Shown: positions 45,819 to 55,953 of the stretch, piece by piece
Layout of the letters: every line of letters begins with the position of its first letter
How positions within the stretch are numbered: position 1 is the first letter of the stretch
DNA from: an uncultured Saprospiraceae bacterium
Lineage (GTDB): Bacteria > Bacteroidota > Bacteroidia > Chitinophagales > Saprospiraceae
Direction of reading: 5' to 3'
Assembly (NCBI GenBank): GCA_964595955.1
Contig: CAZQSF010000001.1
Location: 4,456-68,455, forward strand
Length of the DNA stretch: 64,000 nt
Position numbers and translations under genes: made by a program
The notes under the pieces: generated by a model
What the model saw: the letters and a program-made list of their open reading frames with translations, nothing else
The model's database searches: none
Told to the model about the DNA's origin: nothing

Positions 45819-47531
45819 TTAGCTCAGGTGAAATTCAGCCAGGCTCAACATAATGTTGACCATTTGCTTGAGCTTATCTTCAACCGCTTGCTTAATGTCC
45901 GGGTCATTCGGGTTGTTGAGGTAATCGGTGTACTCCACCGTCCACTCAAAATCCGGCAGGCCGGGAATAAGCACTTCCTTCAGACCCTTGTATTGCCCGG
46001 AAATATAAGAGCCGGTATCGTCCATTTCTCCGGTGAGGGGCAAAGGGAAAAGGAGGTCTGCAAAGGTTCGGATCATGGCATTGGGATCCGATGGGTTGTC
46101 AAAAGTGGCGATGAGCGCCAATAAATCCGCCTTGATTCTGAAGTCGTCTCCGGAAAAAACACCGGTGTACAACACCTCGGAAGTAAAATCCATACGGTCG
46201 AGCAAGGTGTTGAGGTTGATCCAATCGCGGCTGTAGATGGGAGCCTGATACCAGGCTTTCCATCCGGCTACTTCGGGTGGGTTGAAGTAATCCATATTCA
46301 TTCGCTGGGCCTTGCGCAAAAGTTGCATCCACCCCTCATACAAGCTGTTTAGGTCGTCTGTAGGTGAGGGATAGGTCACTTCCAATTGCTTGACCGTGGA
46401 CACCACAAAGTCCAGCGGATGTTTAATCATAGGCCCCAGGTTGAGGGCGTCATAAAAGTGTGCACTGGAAAGCAGCGTCTGAAGAACCGGCTTGATTTCG
46501 AAATCATTATCGATCAGCTGCTGCGCCAACGGTTCTATGATGGTGCTTTCAATTTGGTCGTCGATGACGTAGTAAACAAACCAGCGGTACAGCTTGCGAC
46601 AGATGTGCCGGGCTGCAGCCGGCTTCTGGAAGATAATGTCGATGAGGTGAGCGTACTCTTGCTCTCCCATATTTGAGATGACGACATCTTCAAAGCGGTA
46701 GGAGAGTTGTTTGTCACCGGTGTCGTGTTCATCGTCCTGAAAAAAGCTCGTAATCTCCTGATCGGGGTTGGTCGTTCGCCAGCCGCGATCTTTCCATCCG
46801 GTGAGGATGCGGGAAATCTCCAGTACGTCCTGTTCGGTGAAGTGGGTATAATCGCCCGGAGCGACCTGCGGACCTTTGCCCACGGTATACAGCTCGAGTA
46901 ATTCCCGGGCGTAATTCTCATTGGGCGCTTTCTTGGTATTCTGGTTCCCGTTCAGAAAACGCAGCATGGAGGGAGCTATGGTCACCTGTTTGACGAGTTC
47001 CCGAAAATTGGCCAGGGCGTTGGAGCGCAGAAGCGTAAAGTAATTATAGGAATAGCGCTCGTCGCGCACATCGTCATCAATGACCGCAAAGTGATTCTGC
47101 CAGAACAAGGTCATCTTTTCGCGTATGTTGATGCCTTCCTGTATCATCACGCCCATGGTCCAGGCCTCCAGGCTGCGGTGCCGGCTGGGACGGAGATTTT
47201 TGAAATTCACCAGGGGCGCATTCACCCAGGTTTCACCTAAAGGTACGTTGGGATCGTCCTCTTCCTCGTAATTGAGCGGCGGCTCGGGCAGCGGCCGGTC
47301 TTCCAAAAGCGTGTTCAGTACGGTGTTCAGGTCTTGGTTGGCGGCCCAGTCCATATCGGCGCGGGTAGGGCCGAACATGCAGCGGCGAAGTAAATGAGCC
47401 GCCTCCGCCCGGGTCCACGGTCCGGTGTAGGGCTCCAGGCCTGCAGAACTGCTGGCAGCAGGCAATACCTCGGCAACCTCAGGCTGCAGAGACTTGCCTA
47501 AGAGCAGGCCGAGCGTAGCTCGTCTATTCAT
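45819..47531 (-). CDS. DUF1800-family protein
   Basis: 570 aa located 24 nt upstream of the DUF1501 gene on the same strand, which is the classic DUF1800/DUF1501 pairing. The motif LFWQNHFAV is typical of the family as I recall it. Confidence 0.8.
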   Translation of the reverse strand: MNRRATLGLLLGKSLQPEVAEVLPAASSSAGLEPYTGPWTRAEAAHLLRRCMFGPTRADMDWAANQDLNTVLNTLLEDRPLPEPPLNYEEEDDPNVPLGETWVNAPLVNFKNLRPSRHRSLEAWTMGVMIQEGINIREKMTLFWQNHFAVIDDDVRDERYSYNYFTLLRSNALANFRELVKQVTIAPSMLRFLNGNQNTKKAPNENYARELLELYTVGKGPQVAPGDYTHFTEQDVLEISRILTGWKDRGWRTTNPDQEITSFFQDDEHDTGDKQLSYRFEDVVISNMGEQEYAHLIDIIFQKPAAARHICRKLYRWFVYYVIDDQIESTIIEPLAQQLIDNDFEIKPVLQTLLSSAHFYDALNLGPMIKHPLDFVVSTVKQLEVTYPSPTDDLNSLYEGWMQLLRKAQRMNMDYFNPPEVAGWKAWYQAPIYSRDWINLNTLLDRMDFTSEVLYTGVFSGDDFRIKADLLALIATFDNPSDPNAMIRTFADLLFPLPLTGEMDDTGSYISGQYKGLKEVLIPGLPDFEWTVEYTDYLNNPNDPDIKQAVEDKLKQMVNIMLSLAEFHLS

Positions 47532-47661
47532 AGGAAAATTTGTTTTTGGAGTTCACCAATTAGAAAACAAGAAGCAATGTCCTATCAACGAGGAATTTAC
47601 ACAAAAAGGTGTCGATTCTCAGGGTCATTGACGGAGCGGTATCAAAAATTGGGTAAAAGTG

Positions 47662-47669
47662 TATTTTTG
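47662..47669 (+). promoter_or_regulatory. Candidate -7 box (TATTTTTG) for the maltose locus
   Basis: Perfect TAnnTTTG 27 nt upstream of the pgmB ATG. No well-spaced -33 element. Confidence 0.3.
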
Positions 47670-47695
47670 GCCATCATGCCCCAACCCGAAGTCCT

Positions 47696-48349
47696 ATGAT
47701 CCAAGCTTGCCTTTTTGATTTGGATGGCGTATTGGTAGATACGGCCCATTACCACTTTCTGGCCTGGCGTAAATTAGCCAATTCCCTGGGTTTCGATTTT
47801 GATGAACGCGCCAACGAATCGCTGAAGGGCGTGGGCCGCATGGAGTCGCTGGAACGCATCCTGGAATGGGGCGGTCTGTCCAAGACGCAGGAGGAAAAAG
47901 AGGCGCTTGCCCACCGGAAGAACGAATGGTACCGCGAATATCTGAAAGGGATGACCCCCGATGAGATCCTGCCCGGCGTGCTGGATTTTTTAGCGGACCT
48001 GGAGGCGCATCGCATCCGCAAAGGGATAGGCTCCAGCAGCAAAAATGCCAAGCCGATCTTGCAGCAGGTGAACCTTTACGGCCGCTTTGAGGTCATTGTG
48101 GACGGTACGGACCTCCAGCGCAGCAAACCCGATCCGCAGGTTTTCCTGCTGGGTGCCCAGCGCCTGGGCCTCGCTCCCCGGGAGTGTCTTGTTCTTGAAG
48201 ATGCTGCCGCAGGCATTCAGGCTGCCCGGGCCGGTGGCTTTTGGGCGGTGGGAGTGGGAGAACCCGAGCAATTTCCCGATGCACACCTCGTTATTCCCGG
48301 CTTGGAAAATGTACATTGGACCGAAATTTTGCAGAACATTCCCGCATAA
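47696..48349 (+). CDS. pgmB: Beta-phosphoglucomutase
   Basis: CLFDLDGVLVDTAHYHFLAWRKLA (HAD motif I) and LVLEDAAAGIQAARAGG. Confidence 0.92.
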   Translation: MIQACLFDLDGVLVDTAHYHFLAWRKLANSLGFDFDERANESLKGVGRMESLERILEWGGLSKTQEEKEALAHRKNEWYREYLKGMTPDEILPGVLDFLADLEAHRIRKGIGSSSKNAKPILQQVNLYGRFEVIVDGTDLQRSKPDPQVFLLGAQRLGLAPRECLVLEDAAAGIQAARAGGFWAVGVGEPEQFPDAHLVIPGLENVHWTEILQNIPA

Positions 48350-48358
48350 CGCAAACCC

Positions 48359-50671
48359 ATGAAGCAATACCTCCTGCACGACGAATGGTCGATCGTAGAA
48401 GAAGGCTTTCGACCCGATTACAATCGCATTTCCGAAAGCGTTTTCAGCATCGGGAACGGGCAAAGCGGTCAGCGTGCCAATTTTGAAGAAGCCTACAGCG
48501 GCGACAGCCTGCAGGGGTCCTACATAGCAGGGGTGTACTACCCGGACAAGACCCGGGTGGGCTGGTGGAAGATCGGCTACCCGGAATACTTCGCCAAAGT
48601 GCTCAACGCGCCCAATTGGATTTGCATTGATCTGGCCGTAGACGGTGAGCCCGTGGACCTGGCGACCTGCAGTGTCGAGGACTTTCGGCGCGAACTCAAT
48701 ATGAAAGCCGGATACCTCAAGCGTCGAGCTACCCTCACCCTGGCCAATGGAAAGCGCCTGCGCATCGAATCCACCCGCTTCCTCAGCCTGGCCGACGATG
48801 AGGTAGGAGCCATTCGCTATTCGGTGACTGCCCTCAACTTTTCCGCTGCGGTTTCCCTGGGGCCCTGCATCGATGGAGATGTCCACAATGAAGATTCCAA
48901 TTACGGCGAACAATTCTGGGCGTTTTTGGCGCACCGGGTAGAAGGCCGGGAAGCCTATCTGACGACACAAACCAAAAAAACCGCCTTTGGCGTTTGCCAC
49001 GGCACGGCCTACGAACTCGTCAAGGGCCAGAAAGCGATTGAGCCGGAGGCCGTTTCCGTAATCGATAAGCCGAAATGTGTGGGCCATATCCTCGTCCTGC
49101 CGCTGCAGGAAGGCGAACAGATGACCCTCTACAAATACGCCGGGATCGTGTCTTCCCTCAACTATCCGGAAGATAAGTTGGAGGATGCTGCCCGTGCGGC
49201 TGTACGGCGGGCCCGGGAAGCGGGCTTCGAGGCCTTGCTGCAAAATCAGGCCGAAGCCTGGGCATCCAAGTGGGAAGAAGCGGATATTGTGATTGAGGGC
49301 GACGTGGCCGCCCAACAGGGCATTCGATTCAACATCTTCCAGCTCTACCAAACCTATACGGGTGAAGATGCCCGCCTCAACATCGGTCCGAAAGGGTTTA
49401 CCGGCGAAAAGTACGGGGGCAGCACCTACTGGGATACCGAAGCTTACTGCTTGCCCTTCTACCTGGCCACAGCGGATCAGCACGTGGCCCGCAATTTGTT
49501 GCTCTACCGCTACAACCACCTGGAAAAGGCCATCGAGAACGCCGAAAAACTTGGCTTCACCCGTGGGGCAGCCCTTTACCCCATGGTCACTATGAACGGG
49601 GAAGAATGCCACAACGAATGGGAGATCACCTTTGAGGAGATCCATCGGAACGGGGCTATCGCCTATGCCATCTACAGCTACATCAATTATACGGGCGACG
49701 ATGCCTACCTGGCCTCGAACGGGTTGGAGGTGCTCATCGGCATTGCCCGCTTTTGGGCCCAGCGCGTGCACTACAGCGAGCGAAAAGGTCATTACGTCAT
49801 GCACGGGGTCACCGGGCCCAATGAATACGAGAACAATGTGAACAACAACTGGTACACGAGCTATATTGCCCGATGGTGCCTGCAGTATACTCTCGACAGC
49901 CTGAAAGCTGTTCGGCAAGCCGATGAGGCCCGATACCAAAAGCTAATGAACCGGCTCAAATGTGAAGAGCGCGAACCCACCCATTGGCAGCAAATTATTG
50001 ACGGTCTGTACCTGCCGGAAGAGGAAGGGCTGGGAATATTCGTTCAGCACGATGGGTTTCTGGAAAAGGAAGCCCTGACGGTCGCGGATCTGAAGCCCGA
50101 AGATCGCCCTCTCAATCAGAATTGGAGCTGGGATCGCATCCTTCGATCCGTATTCATCAAACAGGCCGATGTTCTGCAGGGCCTGTACTTTTTTGAAGAC
50201 CATTTTGACGAGGATACTCACCGGCGAAATTTCGATTACTACGAACCGCGAACCGTACACGAATCCTCCCTTTCTCCCTGTATTCACAGCATACTGGCTG
50301 CCAAACTGGGCCGGCTGGATAAGGCCTACGAAATGTATCTGCGCACCGCCCGGCTGGATCTGGACGACGTGAATAACGATACCGAAGACGGATGTCACAT
50401 CACCAGCATGGCGGGCACCTGGATGGCCGTGGTACAGGGCTTTGGAGGTATGCGGGTACAGGAAGGAAAGCTGGCCTTTGCCCCGATTCTTCCGCCGCAG
50501 TGGAGGGGCTACACCTTCAAAGTGCGTTTTCGCGGGCAGGTAGTGGAGGTGAAGGTCAAACCGGGTGAAGTCGTTCTGCAAAATCACGACCGGACTGCCC
50601 TTTCCATCCTACTGTACGGCCAGGCGCGCGAATTGGAGGGCTTCGGAAGCCTTCGGGTGGACCGGCCTTAA
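48359..50671 (+). CDS. GH65 glycoside phosphorylase (maltose-phosphorylase type)
   Basis: 770 aa with SVFSIGNGQSGQRANFEE near the N-terminus. Adjacent to pgmB, an MFS sugar transporter and a GH13 enzyme. Confidence 0.9.
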   Translation: MKQYLLHDEWSIVEEGFRPDYNRISESVFSIGNGQSGQRANFEEAYSGDSLQGSYIAGVYYPDKTRVGWWKIGYPEYFAKVLNAPNWICIDLAVDGEPVDLATCSVEDFRRELNMKAGYLKRRATLTLANGKRLRIESTRFLSLADDEVGAIRYSVTALNFSAAVSLGPCIDGDVHNEDSNYGEQFWAFLAHRVEGREAYLTTQTKKTAFGVCHGTAYELVKGQKAIEPEAVSVIDKPKCVGHILVLPLQEGEQMTLYKYAGIVSSLNYPEDKLEDAARAAVRRAREAGFEALLQNQAEAWASKWEEADIVIEGDVAAQQGIRFNIFQLYQTYTGEDARLNIGPKGFTGEKYGGSTYWDTEAYCLPFYLATADQHVARNLLLYRYNHLEKAIENAEKLGFTRGAALYPMVTMNGEECHNEWEITFEEIHRNGAIAYAIYSYINYTGDDAYLASNGLEVLIGIARFWAQRVHYSERKGHYVMHGVTGPNEYENNVNNNWYTSYIARWCLQYTLDSLKAVRQADEARYQKLMNRLKCEEREPTHWQQIIDGLYLPEEEGLGIFVQHDGFLEKEALTVADLKPEDRPLNQNWSWDRILRSVFIKQADVLQGLYFFEDHFDEDTHRRNFDYYEPRTVHESSLSPCIHSILAAKLGRLDKAYEMYLRTARLDLDDVNNDTEDGCHITSMAGTWMAVVQGFGGMRVQEGKLAFAPILPPQWRGYTFKVRFRGQVVEVKVKPGEVVLQNHDRTALSILLYGQARELEGFGSLRVDRP

Positions 50672-50773
50672 GCGGTTGCGGGTCTGGTTTTTTGATGCCT
50701 CCTTTGTACCTTGCTTGGCATTCCAGGTGGGGGGCTCTCGGGAGTCCTCAACAAATTGACAATTGAAAAGACC

Positions 50774-51358
50774 ATGAACAGACTCTTTTTCTTTTTTCTG
50801 ACGGCGCTTTTGCTCGCGGGATGTGCACAGGAAGAATCCGGGGAGCGAAATTCCGAAGACATCACTCCCGGTTCGGCCCAGGCGGAAGCTGCGCCGCGGG
50901 GTCAATTCGCCAAACCCCAGCCGGCCGATCAGAGCCCGGAGGCCCAGGCGTTATGCCAGAACTACTGGGTGTTCGAGTTTTTCGTCACAGACGATCGGGA
51001 CGCTCGCCTTTTCAATCGCGGGCGCTGGTACGACTTTCGGGAGGACGGTACCTTCTTAAGCGGCCACTGGGAAGAGCAAAAGGCGGAGGGCTCCTGGCGG
51101 CTGATCCGCTCCAAAGATCGAACGGTGGTGGCTGTCGATGGCACAACGGGCAAACCCCTGGACAACAGCCCTTACGAACTGAGGTTGGCGATCGACTCTT
51201 CCAACGACTCGGAAGACGGTACGTATATTCTCACATTCAATTCGGCCATGGATGCCTCGTCCTGGGTAGGGCTGCCCAAGACCCCCGTCAGCGGGATTGC
51301 CATCAAGGCCATAAACCTTTTCGACCGGCCGACAAAAGAACAATTCGGCCTCGAATAA
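50774..51358 (+). CDS. Lipoprotein of unknown function embedded in the maltose locus
   Basis: MNRLFFFFLTALLLAGC lipobox. No recognisable domain. Confidence 0.7.
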   Translation: MNRLFFFFLTALLLAGCAQEESGERNSEDITPGSAQAEAAPRGQFAKPQPADQSPEAQALCQNYWVFEFFVTDDRDARLFNRGRWYDFREDGTFLSGHWEEQKAEGSWRLIRSKDRTVVAVDGTTGKPLDNSPYELRLAIDSSNDSEDGTYILTFNSAMDASSWVGLPKTPVSGIAIKAINLFDRPTKEQFGLE

Positions 51359-51379
51359 GACCTGATCAAACGAATCCCT

Positions 51380-52939
51380 ATGGCCACGACTTCTTCTGCT
51401 GCCGCTCCAACGGTTCTGGTTAGGAAGCCCCGACTGAGTTTTTGGGACATCTGGAATATGAGCTTCGGCTTTTTGGGTATCCAGTTCGGGTTTGCCCTGC
51501 AGAATGCCAACGTGAGCCGGATCTTTCAAACCCTGGGTGCCGAAGTCGAGGCGATTCCCATATTGTGGATCGCTGCACCGGCTACCGGTCTGATCGTACA
51601 GCCCATAATTGGTTACTTCAGCGACCGGACCTGGAACCGCCTTGGCCGGCGAAGACCCTATTTTCTGATCGGTGCGATCCTGGCCTCCCTGGCGCTTTTC
51701 ATCATGCCCAATTCGCCGGTCCTATGGGTGGCTGCCGGTATGCTTTGGATTATGGATGCTTCCATCAATATTTCGATGGAACCCTTTCGGGCCTTTGTGG
51801 GCGACAACCTGCCGGATGAGCAGCGCACCATGGGGTTTGCCATGCAGAGTTTTTTTATCGGAATCGGAGCGGTCGTGGCTTCTTTGCTGCCCTACATTCT
51901 GGCCGAGTGGTTTCAAATACCCAATACGGCCGCCCCGGGCGAAATACCGCCTTCGGTGAAGTGGAGTTTTTACATCGGGGCCGCTGTCTTTTTTCTGGCT
52001 GTGACCTGGACGGTGGTCCGGTCAAGAGAATATTCCCCCGAACAGCTCGCAGCTTTCGAAGCTGCTACGGGCAAAGAGGAATACACCAAAGAGCGCGATG
52101 CCGGCTACTTCAGCCTGAAAGAGCGGCGAGAACTCATCGTCGGTTCGGGGCTTTTACTGGCGGGCGTGGCTTTTTTCTGGATCGTCCAGCGCACGGTGCT
52201 TGAAAAGGAGCTTTTCATTCTGGCCGGCGGGCTCGGCCTCTTTGGATTCTTTATGGTGCTGGCTTCCCTGTTCCATCGTTCAGGCAGCCATGATCTCGGC
52301 TTCGTGGTTATGGTCGATGATCTTTTCGATATGCCCAAGACCATGACCCAGCTGGCTTTCGTGCAGTTCTTTTCCTGGTTTGCGCTTTTTGCCATGTGGA
52401 TATACACCACCTCGGCCGTAACCAAGCACGTCTACGGCACGGAGGATACCACCTCGGTGCTCTACAATGAAGGGGCGAATTGGGTAGGCGTTTGCTTTGG
52501 CGTGTACAACGGCGTCGCCGCTTTGGTCGCCTTCTTGTTGCCGATCTTGGCTCAGCGCACCAGCCGGAAACTTACCCATAGCATTTGCCTGGTATTGGGC
52601 GCGCTGGGCTTTGCTTCCATCTATTGGATCAAAGACCCCAACCTCTTGCTGCTATCCATGGTGGGTGTCGGAATTGCCTGGGCAAGTATCCTGTCCATGC
52701 CTTATGCCATACTCACCGGCGTGTTGCCGGCAGCCAAAATGGGGTACTTCATGGGCGTCTTTAACTTCTTTATCGTAATCCCGCAACTGGTGGCGGCTTC
52801 TATTCTCGGTGCTCTGGTCCGGCATTTATTTCAGGGGGAAGCCGTCTTTGCCTTGATTGCCGGGGCCCTGTCGCTCATTCTCGCTGCCGTTTTGACCCTT
52901 TTTGTCGATGACCATTCTTTTGTCAGAGGAAAACAATGA
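51380..52939 (+). CDS. MFS sugar transporter (SLC45/GPH-like, maltose/sucrose type)
   Basis: FGFLGIQFGFALQNANVSRIFQ and GYFSDRTWNRLGRRRPYF, with about 12 hydrophobic segments. Confidence 0.88.
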   Translation: MATTSSAAAPTVLVRKPRLSFWDIWNMSFGFLGIQFGFALQNANVSRIFQTLGAEVEAIPILWIAAPATGLIVQPIIGYFSDRTWNRLGRRRPYFLIGAILASLALFIMPNSPVLWVAAGMLWIMDASINISMEPFRAFVGDNLPDEQRTMGFAMQSFFIGIGAVVASLLPYILAEWFQIPNTAAPGEIPPSVKWSFYIGAAVFFLAVTWTVVRSREYSPEQLAAFEAATGKEEYTKERDAGYFSLKERRELIVGSGLLLAGVAFFWIVQRTVLEKELFILAGGLGLFGFFMVLASLFHRSGSHDLGFVVMVDDLFDMPKTMTQLAFVQFFSWFALFAMWIYTTSAVTKHVYGTEDTTSVLYNEGANWVGVCFGVYNGVAALVAFLLPILAQRTSRKLTHSICLVLGALGFASIYWIKDPNLLLLSMVGVGIAWASILSMPYAILTGVLPAAKMGYFMGVFNFFIVIPQLVAASILGALVRHLFQGEAVFALIAGALSLILAAVLTLFVDDHSFVRGKQ

Positions 52940-52940
52940 A

Positions 52941-54896
52941 ATGTCCATGCGCAATGCCATTGCTTCAAGAGTTGCCGGCTTTTGCAGCCTGCTTTGGATC
53001 CTGGTCCTTCCGTTTCAACTTTCCGGCCAGATCGAAGAAATGTCCAAATTGCCCCTGGGTGTGGAAGAAGCGGAGTATCGATACCGCTATCCCCAAGGAG
53101 GCAGCGTAGAAGAAGTACGGGTAGAACCGCCCTTCTGGTGGGTCGGTATGAAATCGGCCGAACTTCAGGTTCTCATCTACGACGAGAAAATAAAAGCTAT
53201 GGAGGTCCTCCTGGATGAATATCCGGGCGTCAGCCTGCAACGGGTAGACCGGGTGGCCAATCCCAATTACCTCTTCCTCCAGCTCCGCATCGATGAGGAA
53301 GCCCGGCCCGGCAACCTGATCATCCGGCTTAAAGGGCAAGGCAAGTCGAAGCGCTACGTTTATCCGCTGCGGGACCGTGCCCAAAGCCCTTCCCGACTCG
53401 AGACCCTTGGTCCGCAGGATCTGATCTACCTCTTCATGCCCGATCGCTTCGCCAACGGGGATCCGGCTAACGATTCCTTTGCGGATATGCAGCAGAAAGG
53501 CACTCGGCGGGAGAATCTATTCTTTCGCCACGGAGGTGATATTCAGGGGGTGCTGGACAAGCTCGATTACCTGGAAGATCTGGGCATTACAGCCATCTGG
53601 CCCAACCCGGTTCTGGAAAACGACCAACCCTATGAATCCTACCATGGCTATGCCATTACCGATTTTTATCGAGTCGATAAGCGACTGGGATCCAATGAGC
53701 TGTATCGAGAGCTGGTCGCCGAATGCCACCGGCGGGGCATCAAGGTGGTCATGGATATCATCTTCAATCACGTGGGCGATCAGCACTGGTTCATCCGCGA
53801 CCTGCCGGATGAAAACTGGATCCATCAGTTTGATGAATACACACAGACTACCTACCGCGCCCCCACGCTCATGGATCCTCATGCCTCCGACTCGGATCGC
53901 CGCCTGATGGAAGAAGGTTGGTTCGACAAGCACATGCCCGACCTCAATCAGGACCACCCCTTGTTGGCCCAGTATCTCATTCAGGCCAGCATCTGGTGGA
54001 CCGAATTCACCGGCCAGGATGGATTTCGGGTCGATACCTACCCCTATCCCAGCCAGGCTTTCATGAGCGAGTGGTGCCGTCGCATGCAAGAAGAGTTTCC
54101 CGACCTGCACTTCTTTGGCGAAACCTGGGTTCACGGCACTCCCATACAGGCTCAATTTGTGGAGAACTCCGGATTGCGCAGCCCGGTGAAGTCGCATTTG
54201 CCGGCCGTCACCGACTTCCAGTTGCACTACGGGATTCTGGAGTCCGTTCAGGAAAGCCAGGGCTGGACCAGTGGGGTCTCCCGCCTGTACTACACGCTGG
54301 CCAAAGATTTCCTGTATGCGGATCCGTACCGCAACGTCATTTTTCTGGACAATCACGATATGAGCCGCTTTTTCTCGGCGGTCAATGAGGACTGGGATCG
54401 GTTTCGCTCGGGGCTGATCCTGCTGATGAGTATGCGGGGGATTCCCGTAATCAATTACGGTACCGAAATTGCCCTGACGGGCAGTGGGGGAGCTTTCGGC
54501 GAAGGCGGAAGGCGGGATTTTCCAGGAGGATGGCCCTCGGACCCGGTCGATAAATTTGTCCGGGCCAACCTGAACGAACTGGAGGGACGTGCATTCGATC
54601 TGGTTCGCAGTCTGGCTCGTTACCGCCAGCAAACCCCAACCCTCCACCGGGGCAGACTGATGCAGTTTGTACCGCAGGACGATGTCTACGTATTCTTTCG
54701 ATACGACGAGGAGAGAACGATCCTGGTGGCCTACAACAGCGGAGCGGAGTCTCGTTCCGTGCAGGTGGATCGCTTCAGCGAACGGCTTCGGGGAGTTCGC
54801 ACCCTCTACGATCCGCTGGAAGATCAGGCTGTGCCCCTGCCGGAGTATCTGGTGCTGGAGCCCAGGCAGGCCGTGTTGCTGGAATGCCGTCCCTAG
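52941..54896 (+). CDS. GH13 alpha-amylase-family enzyme (cyclomaltodextrinase/neopullulanase-like) with a signal peptide
   Basis: Motifs DRFANGDPANDSF, GGDIQGVLDKLDYLEDLGITAIWPNP, VVMDIIFNHVG, GFRVDT and FFGETW. Confidence 0.92.
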   Translation: MSMRNAIASRVAGFCSLLWILVLPFQLSGQIEEMSKLPLGVEEAEYRYRYPQGGSVEEVRVEPPFWWVGMKSAELQVLIYDEKIKAMEVLLDEYPGVSLQRVDRVANPNYLFLQLRIDEEARPGNLIIRLKGQGKSKRYVYPLRDRAQSPSRLETLGPQDLIYLFMPDRFANGDPANDSFADMQQKGTRRENLFFRHGGDIQGVLDKLDYLEDLGITAIWPNPVLENDQPYESYHGYAITDFYRVDKRLGSNELYRELVAECHRRGIKVVMDIIFNHVGDQHWFIRDLPDENWIHQFDEYTQTTYRAPTLMDPHASDSDRRLMEEGWFDKHMPDLNQDHPLLAQYLIQASIWWTEFTGQDGFRVDTYPYPSQAFMSEWCRRMQEEFPDLHFFGETWVHGTPIQAQFVENSGLRSPVKSHLPAVTDFQLHYGILESVQESQGWTSGVSRLYYTLAKDFLYADPYRNVIFLDNHDMSRFFSAVNEDWDRFRSGLILLMSMRGIPVINYGTEIALTGSGGAFGEGGRRDFPGGWPSDPVDKFVRANLNELEGRAFDLVRSLARYRQQTPTLHRGRLMQFVPQDDVYVFFRYDEERTILVAYNSGAESRSVQVDRFSERLRGVRTLYDPLEDQAVPLPEYLVLEPRQAVLLECRP

Positions 54897-55927
54897 CGCT
54901 TGCCTCTCCGTCGCAGGTTTTGGCGGTACTTTTGCGCATTTTGGTTGTGTCCGGCCAGCGTCTTGGCAAAGGCGTGCAGGCCTGATCCGTCTCCTTTAGC
55001 ACAGAAAAACAGGTAGTCATGGCGGTCGGCATTCAGTACGGCGTCAATGCTTGCGATGGAGGCCATGCAGATGGGACCCGGCGGCAAGCCGGCATACATA
55101 TAGGTGTTGTAGGGGGAGTCGTACTTGGTGTGATACCAGGTGACGCGTCGGGCGTCGAAGTCGCGTCGAGCGAAAACAGCTGTCGGGTCGGCTTGCAAGC
55201 GCATGTTCTTCCGCAAACGGTTGAGGTAAACACCGGCTATCGCGGGTTTTTCGGCGTTTTGGTTGGTTTCTTTTTCCACAATGGAGGCCAGGGTATATAC
55301 TTCCAGGGGGCTCAGGTTTAGCTTTTGGGCCTTATCCAGCCGGTTTTTGCGTTCCCAAAAGGCTTTGTGCTCCTTGAGCATTCGGTTTGCAAAACCCTTT
55401 GGGCTCACGTTCCAGAACAGTTCGTAGGTATTGGGAATGAAGGCGCTCATGAAAGTTTCCGAACTGTATCCGAGTTCCTCCAGGTAGGCTTCATCCTGCC
55501 ACAGCTTCATGAGTTCCCCGGCGGAGGGTTCAATGACCTCTGCTGCCGTTTCAGCCACATCCTCCAACAGGCGTGCATGAGTGAGTACCAGGCGAACGGG
55601 CGCTTGTTCGCCATTGCGCAGGTGTCGGATTAGTTTCACCATACTCCAGCCGGGTTTCACTTCGTATCGGCCGCCGCGCATGGGGTCCCGCACATACTCC
55701 ATTTCCTGAGCTAGCTGGCGAAATACGGTGGGCTTCGTTACCAGCCCCTTGCTGGTCAGTTGATCTAAAACGGCTTCGAAAGAGGAGCCGCTGGCCACAT
55801 ACACGTAGTAGTCGTCCAGCCCACGAGGTACGGCCGTCGACTTTTGAATCCAACGGTAGGTCAGCCAGCCCGCCAGGGCAATGACTGCCAGACCTATGCC
55901 GATAATTTTGATCCAGGATGGTTTCAT
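54893..55927 (-). CDS. mltG: Endolytic murein transglycosylase (YceG family)
   Basis: N-terminal TM segment IKIIGIGLAVIALAGW and the motif GLPPGPICMASIASIDAVLN. ATG at complement(55925..55927). Confidence 0.9.
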   Translation of the reverse strand: MKPSWIKIIGIGLAVIALAGWLTYRWIQKSTAVPRGLDDYYVYVASGSSFEAVLDQLTSKGLVTKPTVFRQLAQEMEYVRDPMRGGRYEVKPGWSMVKLIRHLRNGEQAPVRLVLTHARLLEDVAETAAEVIEPSAGELMKLWQDEAYLEELGYSSETFMSAFIPNTYELFWNVSPKGFANRMLKEHKAFWERKNRLDKAQKLNLSPLEVYTLASIVEKETNQNAEKPAIAGVYLNRLRKNMRLQADPTAVFARRDFDARRVTWYHTKYDSPYNTYMYAGLPPGPICMASIASIDAVLNADRHDYLFFCAKGDGSGLHAFAKTLAGHNQNAQKYRQNLRRRGKR

Positions 55928-55953
55928 ATCAGCCAAACGCGTAGGTTTATCGC

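Noticed and set aside
47990-49939. 649-aa ORF antisense to the pgmB 3' end and the GH65 gene.
   Set aside because: Shadow frame. The plus-strand genes have clear family motifs, and the antisense translation has none.
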